From Macrostomum lignano (Eukaryota): 64,000 bases of DNA. This document shows positions 30,468-42,470 of the stretch, piece after piece (positions within the stretch are counted from its first letter, which is position 1; the number at the start of each line of letters is the position of its first letter). A program made the translations under genes and the position numbers. The notes beneath the pieces were generated by a model. The model made no database searches and was not told the origin of the DNA. It worked only from the letters and a program-made list of their open reading frames with translations. Location: contig NIVC01000001.1 in assembly GCA_002269645.1 (NCBI GenBank), positions 1,054,001 through 1,118,000 on the forward strand. The letters run 5' to 3'.

Positions 30468-30607
30468 ATTAGTTAGTTAATTAGTTATTTAGTTAGTTAG
30501 TTGATTAGTTACTTAGTTAGTTAGTTGGTTAGTTAGTTAGTTATTTAGTTAGTTAGTTAGTTTGTTAGTTAGTTAGTTAGTTAGTTAGTTTGTTTGTTTG
30601 TTTGTTT

Positions 30608-30655
<48 letters not shown>

Positions 30656-30675
30656 TTTAGTTAGTTAGTTAGTTT

Positions 30676-30715
<40 letters not shown>

Positions 30716-33614
30716 GTTAGTTAGTTAGTTATTTATTTATTTATTTATTTATTTAGTCAGTTATTTAGTAGTTTGTACAGTAATGTCGGACAACTTTAGG
30801 CTAAATTTATTCAGCCTCTTTAGGTCTGTTTACAGGAGAGACCGGCTATGTCAAAATATACAAGTTGTAAAGTTGTGGATTCGAGCCCGCGTCCTACCGC
30901 ACTCTCTGTCTCTCTCTGCTGCCAGGCTTTGTGATCGGCTGGAGCATCATTCTCGAGTACGTGCTGTCCGCGGCCAGCATCGCCCGCGGCTTCAGCGGCA
31001 CGGTGAACGCCCTGTCAGGCGGCCAGTTGGCCAACTGGAGCGTCGAGCACGTCGGCACCTTCTACACCCCGCAGCCCAACACCACGGCCGGGGACTACAT
31101 GATCTCACACTACCCGGATCTGCTCTCCTTCGGCGCCGTGCTCCTCGTCGGCCTCCTGCTGTGCCTTGGCGCTAGCACGTCGAAGCATTTCAACACGCTG
31201 ACCACTTCCATCAACCTGGTCGTGCTGGCCTTCACCACCTGCGTGTTGCTGCACTTTGCACAGCTCAGCAACTGGACTGGCGAGTCATTTCTGCCCTTCC
31301 AGTTCACCGGCGTGCTGTCGGGCGCCGCCACCTGCTTCTACGCCTTCATCGGCTTCGACGCCATCAGCGTCTCCACCGAGGAGGCCCTGACGCCGCAGAA
31401 GTCGCTGCCGATTGCCACAGGCGTGTCGGTGACAGTGGTGACCGTCTTGGTGGTGCTGGCCAGCGCCGCCATCACGCTGTTCGAGCCCTGGTATCAGATT
31501 GACACCCAGGCGGCCTTCACAGCTGCTTTGGGGGCCCGCCATCTGCACTGGGCACAGATTATTACAGGTAGAACTGCTCATTGTGACTACAGATTACAGA
31601 TTAGTATAGGCAAAACTGCTCATTAGGATTACAGATGATTACAGGTAGAAGTGCTCATTGGGATTACAGATGATTACAGGTAGAAGTGCTCATTGGGATT
31701 ACAGATGATTACAGGTAGAAGTGCTCATTGGGATTACAGATGATTACAGGTAGAAGTGCTCAGTGAGATTACAGATGATTACAGGTAGAACTGCTCAGTG
31801 AGATTACAGATGATTACAGGTAGAACTGCTCAGTGAGATTACAGATGATTACAGGTAGAACTGCTCAGTGAGATTACAGATGATTACAGGTAGAACTGCT
31901 CAGTGAGATTACAGATGATTACAGGTAGAACTGCTCAGTGAGATTACAGATGATTACAGGTAGAAGTGCTCAGTGAAAACCCTCCGCTCCCTCAGGCGTG
32001 GGCTCCATCGCGGGCATTGTGGCCTCACTGTACTGCAACAACTACGCCATGCCCCGCGTCATTTACGCCATGGCCTCGGACGGCTTGATCTTCCGTCAGC
32101 TGGCCTACGTGTGGCCTCGAACCCGGGCCCCAGTCGTCGCCATCGCTTCGGCGAGCCTCCTGGCTGCCGTGTTGGCTCTGATTCTTGACATCGAAGCTCT
32201 GGCAGACTTCCTGTCCATTGGCACTTTGGTGGCTTACACTATCGTCTCCTGCAATGTTGTGGTGCTGCGCTACTGGAGACCGACCACTGTCGACGGCCCG
32301 TCTATGCAGGACGGCACGACAGCCGACGTGACGTCGGATGGAGATGATTCGGTCGGAGCGTTGAAGCCTCGCTTCGCCACGCTGCCCGTGCTGAAGTCGC
32401 TGGCGCCGGGCCAGGGGCCGCTGTTAGGATTAGCGGTGAGACGCTGGGGTCTCGGGTACTGATTTGCAGTAGAGAGAGAGAGAGAGCTAAGTGAGGTCAG
32501 GTCAGGTCAGATCAGGTTAGGTCAGGTGAGGTCGGTTTAGGTCAGGTCAGGTCAGGTTAGGTCATGTCAGGTTAGGTTAGGTCGTGTGAGGTCAGGTTAG
32601 GTCAGGTGAGGTCAGGTTAGGTCATGTCAGGTTAGGTTAGGTCAGGTGAGATCGGGTTAGGTCAGGTGAGGTCAGGTGAGGTCGGGTTAGGTCAGGTCAG
32701 GTCAGGTTAGGTCATGTCAGGTTAGGTTAGGTCAGGTGCGATCGGGTTAGGTCAGGTGAGGTCAGGTGAGCAGGTGAACCCAAAAAGCCAACTGATGCTC
32801 CGCCGTCTGCCCAGGTGCTGGTGACCGGCGTGATCTCCGCTTGCCTTGTTGCCAATCTCGCAACGGATCAGCTGATCGAAGCGAACTGGTGGGCGGTGTT
32901 GCTGCAGCTGCTGTTCACTCTGCAGGCCGCCGCGGGCTGCCTGGTGATCATGGCGCATCAGCAGGACCCACTGATTGACACCTTCCGGGCGCCTGGGGTT
33001 CCCGTGCTGCCCTGCGTGGTGATCGCGCTGAACGTGACGCTCATCATGAAACTGCAGGTGCAAATGGCTAACATCGGTCGCGTTTAGCAGATTGGACTGA
33101 CCCTGCTGCAGCCTATTCTATTCTATTCCTATTCGCCCTCTTCTACACTCTCTTCTACACTCTCTTCTACACTCTCTTCTACACTCTCTTCTACACTCTC
33201 TTCTACACTCTCTTCTACACCCTCTTTTACAGTCTCTTCTACATCCTCTTCTACAGTCTCTTCTACATCCTCTTCTACACCCTCTTCTACACCCTCTTCT
33301 ACACCCTCTTCTACCCCCTCTTCTACACCCTCTTCTACACCCTCCGTCCCGGCTTCAACCGGTCTCTTCCTCGCCACCTGCAGGTGCTCACCTGGATTCG
33401 GTTCTTCGTCTGGCTGGCAATCGGCCTCCTGGTGTACTTCGGCTACGGCATATCGCACAGCAGACAGAGCGTAGCCCTCGCCGCCACGGAAGCCACGCCG
33501 CTGACGGCCGACCTGAACTACAAGAAGCTGGTCGAGACCGAGTCCGCCATGGGCGACTCCGTCAACGAGTCCAAAGCCATCCTGACTGACGCCACGAATA
33601 ACGAGCAGAAATGA
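29905..33614 (+). CDS. SLC7A: Cationic amino acid transporter (SLC7A1-4/CAT family, APC superfamily)
   Basis: Exons 29905-30235, 30926-31567, 31996-32435, 32815-33057, 33384-33614, all phase-consistent. Motifs GIGNMCGAGIYVLTG, CYAELGARVPKAGSAYSYTY, CFYAFIGFD, MPRVIYAMASDGL, FRAPGVPVLP, TWIRFFVWLAIGLLVYFGYGISHS. The specific ortholog is not resolvable. Confidence 0.95.
30245..30770. repeat. (TTAG)n microsatellite in SLC7 intron 1
   Basis: Starts immediately after the GTGAGT donor at 30236. Confidence 0.97.
31555..31975. repeat. 35-bp minisatellite in SLC7 intron 2, copying the exon/intron junction
   Basis: Unit GATTACAGATGATTACAGGTAGAACTGCTCAGTGA versus junction CAGATTATTACAG|GTAGAACTGCTCA. 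Confidence 0.93.
32490..32775. repeat. (AGGTC/AGGTG/AGGTT)n pentamer-based repeat in SLC7 intron 3
   Basis: Directly visible; contains many CAGGTGAG motifs. Confidence 0.93.
33135..33345. repeat. 12-bp minisatellite (TCTTCTACAC[T/C]C) in SLC7 intron 4
   Basis: Directly visible. Confidence 0.93.
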
Positions 33615-34850
33615 TTCTAGAAAATCAACAAATGCATAATATTAGCAACTACTTGAAGTAGGACAATAAAGAAACTACGTTCTATTTTATCTTCGTATCA
33701 GAAATTCATACCTTGATAAAGTCAGCCAATATATTAGCTATCAGATTGTTGTTCGATTATACAAGAAGTCATGCGTAAAGCGATCTCGGAATGCATTTTG
33801 GTTAATTCGAAGGCTGTGGGATGGCGCCCACAAATGCTAGAATGATGCTAGGGCCACTCAGCAAATTTGCGTGTAAGCTACTTTCAGTTCAGTAGTAAGT
33901 TAAACTGAAGCATTTTAATGTATTCTTAAAGCAAGGCTTTTTATTGGCTCTTACCCCCCCCCGCTTAACCCTCCACAACTGCGCCTTCCACACTACCCCT
34001 TCCGCCCCACTTCTTATTGCCTTCCTCGGAATTCCAGCCTGAAGCTGCCATGTACATTTCAGTGGACTGGCTAATGTACATTATGGCTGAACCAATTAGC
34101 AAGTCGTTTATGCAAGCTTGGGCTTCTAAACTTATCAAAGTAAGTTCAGCTGCCTGTATTTTATAAAATAGCTTATGTATTCCTCTTTGCTACTGAAGGC
34201 AGAAAGCTATTTTTCTAAGTATATATGCCTGAGTGGTCTATCTATAGTCATCCTAGTATCTGTGTATAGGATGCTAGTTCGTTCGCATTTGATGTGACTG
34301 GTCGCGTAGATTTAGTCGACAGATTTCGGTTTACGAAGGATATTCGAGCTGGTTGCTGGCAATCGGTTGATTCAGTCAGCAAAACCTGTAGAACAAAGCG
34401 CTTTTTATCGGCAACCGGGTTACTGGAAAATAAGAAACGGATAGAAAAGTGAAGCAGGCAGACGGGAGGGTAAAAGTACGCACAGGAGTAGAAAAGTGCA
34501 TTCAAACAATGCAAAGCAGCTGCAGGCATTGATATATCAGAGCAGCTTTATGACAGGGTCTAGCGAGTTTGATGACTGAAGTTCGCTGACCTTTTGACCT
34601 CAATTCACCGACTAAAAGCCCAGCCCTTCGGCTCTGAGAAAACAAGGTGTTGCTGAGAATTTCCGATTTCCGATCTCTGCTACCTCCGGATGGCTGGCAT
34701 TTCGTGAATCCCCGATGTGAGCCAGAGGACCAAACGTCTTCCATTACGTGCAGCCTGGCAGGCAGTTGACCGTTGACTTGAGGATTGTTTGCAATGGAAA
34801 ACAGGGGAGATTTCACAATTTCCAGGGCAACAACAACAGCTCATAGAGGG

Positions 34851-35140
34851 TCACGTACATGTAGCCCCGGTGCCAGGGCCCTGCATCGTGAGCAGCAGAC
34901 CGTCCTGCAGAGGTTGAGGGCAGTCCAGTTGAAGTCTTCGCCTGTGGAGGGTATCGCTAGGTGGTCGCAGCCCTGCGCACTGGTAGAGGGCTGCGTTGGA
35001 GCCTGCATCAGGATAGCTGATGGTGAAGGCGCCCGCAATGTTTCTGTATTCCCTTCTACGGACAACTTCGGAGTATTCACCCGAGTGCATCAGACAGTTC
35101 TCCGTTCTTAGTGAACCTTCCGTCAGCCGGACCAGCACGG
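34851..35140 (-). mobile_element. Degenerate non-LTR retrotransposon (RTE-like) ORF C-terminal fragment
   Basis: Minus-strand peptide AFTISYPDAGSNAALYQCAGLRPPSDTLHRRRLQL..CPQPLQDGLLLTMQGP resembles the post-RT region of RTE-clade LINEs (SN..LY..AG...S..LRRRRL.LAGH). The match is from memory; no search was run. Confidence 0.5.
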
Positions 35141-35439
35141 GTCAGCTGCAAATAAAAGGATTGCTCCAAAAATTATTAGACAAAGTCTACGTTTTCAATT
35201 ACTTACTTCAGTTCTTGTCCCGAGTAGAGAATTTGTTATTGAGTCCGCAGTTGCATCAATGCCTATTCATTCATTGAACGAACTCTGGTGCCTGACCTCT
35301 GTAGAGCTTGACCGATTAAAGGGTCAGAATGAAGGCCCGGAGTTGCGTTGAATCGGTTGTTTAACGTCCGGCCCTTCGACGTGACTGAGCGGTAGCAGCC
35401 TCGATCCGCGACGTTGTATGCGTTTTTTTGATTTTTTCG

Positions 35440-35628
35440 ATCACACCTGCCCTAATGGACTGATGTGCAACCGACAGCTCAGCCGCAGCTGAAGGCTGCA
35501 TGCGTACGGCTGTTCAAGCCCAACCAAGGACTGGGGGGTCGCCACACACACCCCAGCTAATTACCCCAGCTATAAATGCTGGTACCCATTTTACAGCTGG
35601 GTGAACTGAAGCAATGCAGTGTTAAGTT
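35440..35628 (-). mobile_element. CORE-type SINE copy 2 (5' truncated, minus strand)
   Basis: Reverse complement of the CORE segment and 3' body (GCTGAGCTGTCGGTTGCACATC) of the other copies. Confidence 0.85.
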
Positions 35629-37369
35629 TAGCAATAAGCCTGCTGTGGGCGTCGAGCTGATTGATCAGCTGAGTTCCAATGAGTTGTAGAATATGCTACA
35701 GTGCTGATATTGTAGCACGAGTAGCTGATTGATAACGATTCTAACACTGCTTTTTTGTTCATTGGATGTACTTTGTTCGAGCAAAAATAAATGAAGTGTA
35801 ATCAGTAACGCGTAAACCTAGACAAATTCAGATTCAGAAGACCCAGTTACGAGTAAACATCATCGACCGGTAGGATCTGATCGATGTAGATGGTTGAGTT
35901 CGTAAATGAAAAGTATTGCTGTACAAGTGCAACAAGGGTAAAGGACAATAGAAACTAAAATGTATCCAAATGAGCAGCACTTGCACTCTGATCGAGAGTT
36001 TGCGTCTTGGTAAAACCTATCCAAGATATGCTTTTCGAGGACTTATATAGTTATTAATAGATCGGCCTCCAAATTTTGTAGTAGTTTTTCGTCCCGAGTA
36101 TTGAGTTGTCCCTGATTGACAATTACCATATGAGTGCCATGCATGATTACATGTAATTTAGACTTTCAGATTCATTTTTATAGATTAATTCATGCATAGA
36201 TTGTATGTGTCCATAAGTCTTATATGATTTCAAGGCAGATCTATTGAGTAGCAGAAAAGACTTCATAGACTTGAGTATCAATTTATTTAGATAGAAACAA
36301 ATCTAGCCATTACTTTAAAAGGCGGCTTAATTTAACTCTACTCTATCGATTATCATGTTCAATATTTAAAGGCAAAATTTGTACGAAATCATGTGCACGC
36401 ACAAGTAAGAAATCAGTCCCTATGTAAAAGAAATATCATATTTAAAGTCTTTTAGATTTACATCGTCATCAACGTCATAATTCATAGGCATCAGCTTTCT
36501 TATTAGAAATGCGCAGATTAACAATTTACGGCCTTGCTTCGCGACTGATAATAACAAAATAAAAGACTGATTCTAATCGTTCATAATTTTTGTTTTTTAC
36601 CTGCGCAAATGAAGCCTAACTTTGATAATAAACTTAAAGCAGCTTTTAAATTAGTATATTATAAAGTTTCACGAAGAAAGATTTTTGTCATTTTAAAAAA
36701 TTACATTGATTTCCACTGAGCTCAAGATCACTTGCCTGGTTTGAACGATTCTTTTGTTCATTCCAGTCCTTTACGCAGTTGCTCTTTGTTAGAGAGAGAG
36801 TCCTTTATTTCAAGAATTTTCTGTTTCGTACGAAGAATAAGTTTGATAGATTCTACGGAGGCCTTAGCTAAATAGCTTTAATTATTAAGTTTCAATTTTA
36901 TCAGCTGCTTTTCATAAGTGTCAGGTCACATTTAAGTTTTGTTTGGTTTTATTATTTTAGAAATCGTTTGGCGCCATTTTTATCCAACCAAGGGTCTACA
37001 AAACATTCAAAACAAGAACGAATTGCAGTATATTTAATAAATATATATTTAATTTCTATTTAATTAAGTAAAGACTTTTGCTCTGATTGGTTTTGAGTAC
37101 TTTGTGATGCATATATTTGGCTTTTAAATATTTTAGAATTTTTTCTAAGAAGCTGTTTTTAGCTAATGACTTCGACACAAAATATTTATTTTGTCTATAA
37201 ATTTTATGTTAGAAAACTTTAACAGTGTATTTACATATAATTGAGCTAGTTAACGATAATTTCTATACTATGTACTATATATGTAAAATTAAAATTAAAA
37301 TTTTGCATTTTTGCTAACAATTATTGGTTTCCACCAAACCAATAGAAATTGTAATCAATTTTTTCAGCC

Positions 37370-37691
37370 ATGACTGAAGCCAGACAATTGCTTTCGCGGC
37401 TTCCTGGCAAGGAAATTTCCAGCTTGGATGTGGACAATTTATTCAAATGCTTCGATGCAAACAGGTGAACTGTTTATAGCGGTTTATTGAGTTGTAAATA
37501 ACTTTCTTCGTAATTTTTTATTAACACCTGTCCTACACATTCCCTCAGAGACGGCGCACTCGACAAAAAGGAGTTGCGGCAGTTGCTAAGCCACCTGGCA
37601 ACGTCTGGTTCAGTTTCTGACTCGCACCTGACTCGGCTACATTCCTTCCTGGACGTTGACAATGTGAGAGAGAGAGAGAGAGAGAGAGAGA

Positions 37692-37722
<31 letters not shown>

Positions 37723-40700
37723 TAGCTTGCTTTGCTGACCTATTCGTCTGAGTCATTTGGTTTTCTGTTGTCTCCCCCCTTGTTTGGCCTTTTCAAGTAG
37801 GTTTAGATTTTGGTTTCCTGTAATTCACGCTCACAACCCATAGTCATCGGAGGGTCATGCTCCAACTCAAATATGGTCATCGGAGGGTCATGCTCCAACT
37901 CAAATATGGTCATCGGAGGGTCATGCTCCAACTCAAATATGGTCATCGGAGGGTCATGCTCCAACTCAAATATGGTCATCGGAGGGTCATACTCCAACTC
38001 AAATATGGTCATCGGAGGGTCATGCTCCAACTCAAATATGGTCATCGGAGGGTCATACTCCAACTCAAATATGGTCATCGGAGGGTCATGCTCCAACTCA
38101 AATATGGTCATCGGAGGGTCATGCTCCAACTCAAATATGGTCATCGGAGGGTCATGCTCCAACTCAAATATAGTCATCGGAGGGTCATACTCCAACTCAA
38201 ATATGGTCATCGGAGGGTCATGCACCAACTCAAATATGGTCATCGGAGGGTCATGCTCCAACTCAAATATGGTCATCGGAGGGTCATGCTCCAACTCAAA
38301 TATAGTCATCGGAGGGTCATGCTCCAACTCAAATATGGTCATCGGAGGGTCATGCTCCAACTCAAATATGGTCATCGGAGGGTCATGCTCCAACTCAAAT
38401 ATGGTCATCGGAGGGTCATACTCACGGCACCCCGCACCCGCCAATGCACTCAGGATGGGGTTGTCAGCCGCCGAGACTTCCAGAACTCCGCCGGCCCCTG
38501 GCTCAGCGTCATATTCAACGGTCCCGCCGCCCTGGTCATCGTGGACGTTCAAAACGATTTCATCAGCGGCTCGCTGGCTTTGAAATCCTGCGAGGCCGGC
38601 CAAGACGGCGCCGAGGTGGTGCCCGTCATCAATCGAGCTCTGGACAGGTGCGCCAGCCAGCTCAAAACTGTGGTCTACTCGCTTGACTGGCATCCGGATG
38701 ATCACATCTCATTCATTGACAATGTTGGACAGCGCGAGCTCTGCCCCGGGTCCACGGTGAGCGACCTGCATAATTTCATATTTATGCAATTTCGCAATTT
38801 TGAAATTTCAGACTTCAGTTTCATTAATCAGCTCTTCTCTCTTTACTATTTCCCTCTCTCTCCTCCATCTTTCCCTCTCTCTCCTCCATCTTTCCCTCTC
38901 TCTCCTCCATCTTTCCCTCTCTCTCCTCCATCTTTCCCTCTCTCTCCTCCATCTTTCCCTCTCTCTCCTCCATCTTTCCCTCTCTCTCCTCCATCTTTCC
39001 CTCTCTCTCCTCCATCTTTCCCTCTCTCTCCTCCATCTTTCCCTCTCTCTCCTCCATCTTTCCCTCTCTCTCCTCCATCTTTCCCTCTCTCTCCTCCGTC
39101 TTTCCCTCTCTCTCCTCCATCTTTCCCTCTCTCTCCTCCATCTTTCCCTCTCTCTCCTCCATCTTTCCCTCTCTCTCCTCCGTCTTTCCCTCTCTCTCCT
39201 CCATCTTTCCCTCTCTCTCCTCCATCTTTCCCTCTCTCTCCTCCATCTTTCCCTCTCTCTCCTCCATCTTTCCCTCTCTCTCCTCCATCTTTCCCTCTCT
39301 CTCCTCCGTCTTTCCCTCTCTCTCCTCCATCTTTCCCTCTCTCTCCTCCATCTTTCCCTCTCTCTCCTCCATCTTTCCCTCTCTCTCCTCCATCTTTCCC
39401 TCTCTCTCCTCCGTCTTTCCCTCTCTCTCCTCCATCTTTCCCTCTCTCTCCTCCATCTTTCCCTCTCTCTCCTCCATCTTTCCCTCTCTCTCCTCCATCT
39501 TTCCCTCTCTCCTCTATCCTTCCCCTCTCTCTCCTCCGTCCTTTCCTCTCTCTCCTCTCCTCTCTCTCCTCCATCTTTCCCTCTCTCTCCTCCATCTTTC
39601 CCTCTCTCTCCTCCATCTTTCCCTCTCTCTCCTCCATCTTTCCCTCTCTCTCCTCCATCTTTCCCTCTCTCTTATATCCTTCCCCCCTCTCTCCTCCGTC
39701 CTTTCCTCTCTTTCCTCCATCTTTCCCTCTCTCTCATTTATCTTTCCCTCTCTCTCCTCCTTCCTTCCCTCTCTCTCTCTATCTCTCTCTCTCTCGTCCG
39801 TCCCTTCCTCTTCCTCTCTTCCTTTCTTCCCTTCTCCCCACTGTCTCTCCCATCTTCAAACTCTCTGATGTCTTCACTCTCTCTCCACTGCCTTCACCTC
39901 TCTCCACTGTCTTCACCCTCAAACTCTTGCAGGTGAAATCAGCCGCCGATGCTCGCGTTGGCGACACGGTGATTTTGCAGACGGGCAGCTACGGACCGGT
40001 TGAGCAGATGCTGTGGCCCAAACACTGCGTCCAAAACTCGCATGGAGCCGAGCTGCATCCTTTGCTGAAGGTTTGTGGAATTTGCCTTGTTTCCTGTAGT
40101 TTTGGAACTACTAGTGGGTGATACAAGGCATCGGTTTGCGAGATCGGAGCGAGGTGAATGTATCAGATATGATCGGGGAAGATAAATGTGAGATCTGGCA
40201 GCTGAGTGTGAGATCTGGCAGCTGAGTGTTAGATCTGGCAGCTGAGTGTGAGATCTGGCAGCTGAGTGTGAGATCTGGCAGCTGAGTGTGAGATCTGGCA
40301 GCTGAGTGTGAGATCTGGCAGCTGAGTGTGAGATCTGGCAGCTGAGTGTGAGATCTGGCAGGTGAGCGTGAGATCTGGCAGGTGAGTGTGAGATCTGGCA
40401 GCTGAGCGTGAGATCTGGCAGGTGAACGTAAGATCTGGTAGGTGAGTGTGAGATCTGGCAGCTGAGCGTGAGATCTGGCAGGTGAACGTAAGATCTGGCA
40501 GGTGAACGTGAGATTTCACACAGGTGAGCGTGAGATTTCGCAGGTGAGCGTGAGATTTGGCAGCTAAGCGTGAGATCTGGCAGGTGAGCGTGAGATCTGG
40601 CAGGGGAGTATGAGATCTGGCAGGTGAGTGTGAGATCTGGCAGGTGAGTGTGAGATCTGGCAGCTGAGCGTGAGATCTGGCAGGTGAACGTGAGATTTCA

Positions 40701-41751
40701 CACAGGTGAGCGTGAGATTTCGCAGGTGAGCGTGAGATTTGGCAGCTAAGCGTGAGATCTGGCAGGTGAGCGTGAGATCTGGCAGGGGAGTATGAGATCT
40801 GGCAGGTGAGTATGAGATCTGGCAGGTGAGTGTGAGATCTGGCAGGTGAGCGTGAGATCTGGCAGGTGAGTATGAGATCTGGCAGGTGAGTGTGAGATCT
40901 GGTAGGTGAGCGTGAGATCTGGTAAGTGAGCGTGAGATTTGGCAGCTGATCATGAGTACACAGAGACGTGCATTTAATCATCCCGCAGGTGACCTCAAAC
41001 CATATCCGGGTGCACAAAGGCACGGACCCGGACATTGACTCTTATTCGGCGTTTTGGGACAACGGCAAGCGAAAAAGGACGGACCTGTTCGACCAGCTGC
41101 ATCGGCTGCAGGTGCGCGACGTTTTCGTCTGCGGCCTGGCAACCGATGTCTGCGTTGGGGCGACGGCGACGCACTCGGTTGAGCACGGCTTCCGGACCGC
41201 CCTGCTGGAGGACGCCAGCCGCGGGGTGAGCCGCGAGGGCATCGTCGGCATCAAGTCGCGTCTGGCCTCCATAAACGGATTGGTTGTGACTTCCTCGCAG
41301 GCAAGTGGCTGGAGGTTTATAAGGGAATGTCTATGGCCAGAGCGGCAGTGTACGCAGTGTGCAATGCTATGGCCAGAGCGGCAGTGTACGCAGTGTGCAA
41401 TGCTAGGGCCAGAGTGGCAGTGTACGCAGTGTGCAATGCTAGGGCCAGAGCGGCAGTGTACGCAGTGTGCAATGCTAGGTTCAGAGCGGCAGTGTACGCA
41501 GTGTGCAATGCTAGGCTCAGAGCGGCATGGGCAGTGTACGCAGTGTGCAGTCTAGGACTCGGGCGGCTTTGAAGACAGAAATAAAACAAAAGTCTTTGAG
41601 CAATCTACCGGGTAACAAAGTTTGTCAATGCCAAAAGTAAACCAGTAGATCTCCATCACTTCAGATGGCTCAGCTGATTCAGAAAACTGATCGACCAATC
41701 GAATGGGTCATCGCAGCCATCGACAGCGTTGGAAAGTTAAAGTACACGTGA
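37370..41751 (+). CDS. Naam: Nicotinamidase (PncA/PNC1, isochorismatase fold) with N-terminal EF-hand pair
   Basis: Exons 37370-37464, 37549-37663, 38454-38756, 39933-40070, 40989-41300, 41665-41751. EF loops DANRDGALDKKE and DVDNDGVVSRRD. Catalytic motifs ALVIVDVQNDF, SLDWHPDDH, LWPKHCVQ, KGTDPDIDSYSAF, GLATDVCV. The last intron is GC-AG. Confidence 0.93.
37845..38422. repeat. 33-bp minisatellite in nicotinamidase intron 2 (AATATGGTCATCGGAGGGTCATGCTCCAACTCA)
   Basis: About 17 near-perfect units ending ~30 nt before the acceptor at 38453. Confidence 0.95.
38848..39800. repeat. 21-bp pyrimidine minisatellite in nicotinamidase intron 3 (TCCCTCTCTCTCCTCCATCTT)
   Basis: Directly visible; decays into (CT)n. 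Confidence 0.95.
40188..40950. repeat. 20-bp minisatellite in nicotinamidase intron 4 (GTGAGATCTGGCAG[G/C]TGAG[C/T])
   Basis: About 38 units, many containing CAG|GTGAG. Confidence 0.95.
41330..41550. repeat. 36-bp minisatellite in the GC-AG intron
   Basis: GCCAGAGCGGCAGTGTACGCAGTGTGCAATGCTAGG, about 6 units. Confidence 0.93.
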
Positions 41752-42009
41752 ACTTTCATTATTGACATGCAGGCACAGCTGCTTGCCTGAGCTGCTCTGT
41801 ACAACTGGATTCGGATTAGCTAGATACTACTCGTAAATACTCGTAAAACCTAATTTTTAACGACTCTGCAGTTTAACTTTTCTAAAAAAACTTTTTCGTT
41901 TTGCTGTTTAGCTGATCACTGACCTTATTCTGCACTTTGATAATTGTACTTTTAGCACAGACTGACCTGTTAGACTCATTGATTTTAGTAATTCTACAAG
42001 GTAAATTTT

Positions 42010-42470
42010 AGAACCCGTTTTAGAACCTGGGAAACCTGTTTTAGAACCCAGGACACCTGTTTAAGAACCCGGGACACCTGTTTTAGAACCCGGGACACCT
42101 GTTTAAGAACCTGGAACACCTGTTTAAGAACCTGGAACACCTGTTTTAGAACCCAGGACACCTGTTTAAGAACCCGGGACACCTGTTTAAGAACCTGGAA
42201 CACCTTTTTTAGAACCCGGGACACCTGTTTAAGAACCTGGAACACCTGTTTAAGAACCTGGAACACCTGTTTAAGAACCTGGAACACCTGTTTAAGAACC
42301 TGAAACACCTGTTTAAGAACCTGGAACACCTGTTTAAGAACCTGGGACACCTGTTTAAGAACCCGGGACACCTGTTTAAGAACCTGGAACACCTGTTTAA
42401 GAACCTGGAACACCTGGTTAAAAACCCGGGACACCGTTTAAGAACCCGGGACACCTGTTTAAGAACCCCT
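42010..42470. repeat. 21-bp minisatellite (ACCTGTTTAAGAACCTGGAAC)
   Basis: Directly visible. Confidence 0.93.

Noticed and set aside
30245-30770. Telomeric repeat
   Set aside because: The unit is TTAG, not TTAGG or TTAGGG; it is an intronic microsatellite.
36700-36870. Possible minus-strand coiled-coil exon (KASVESIKLILRTKQKILEIK..)
   Set aside because: Short, with no linkable neighbouring exons or recognisable family.
37803-40121. 754-aa and 257-aa ORFs as repeat-containing nicotinamidase isoforms
   Set aside because: These are read-through of stop-free intronic repeats; canonical splice sites give a normal protein.
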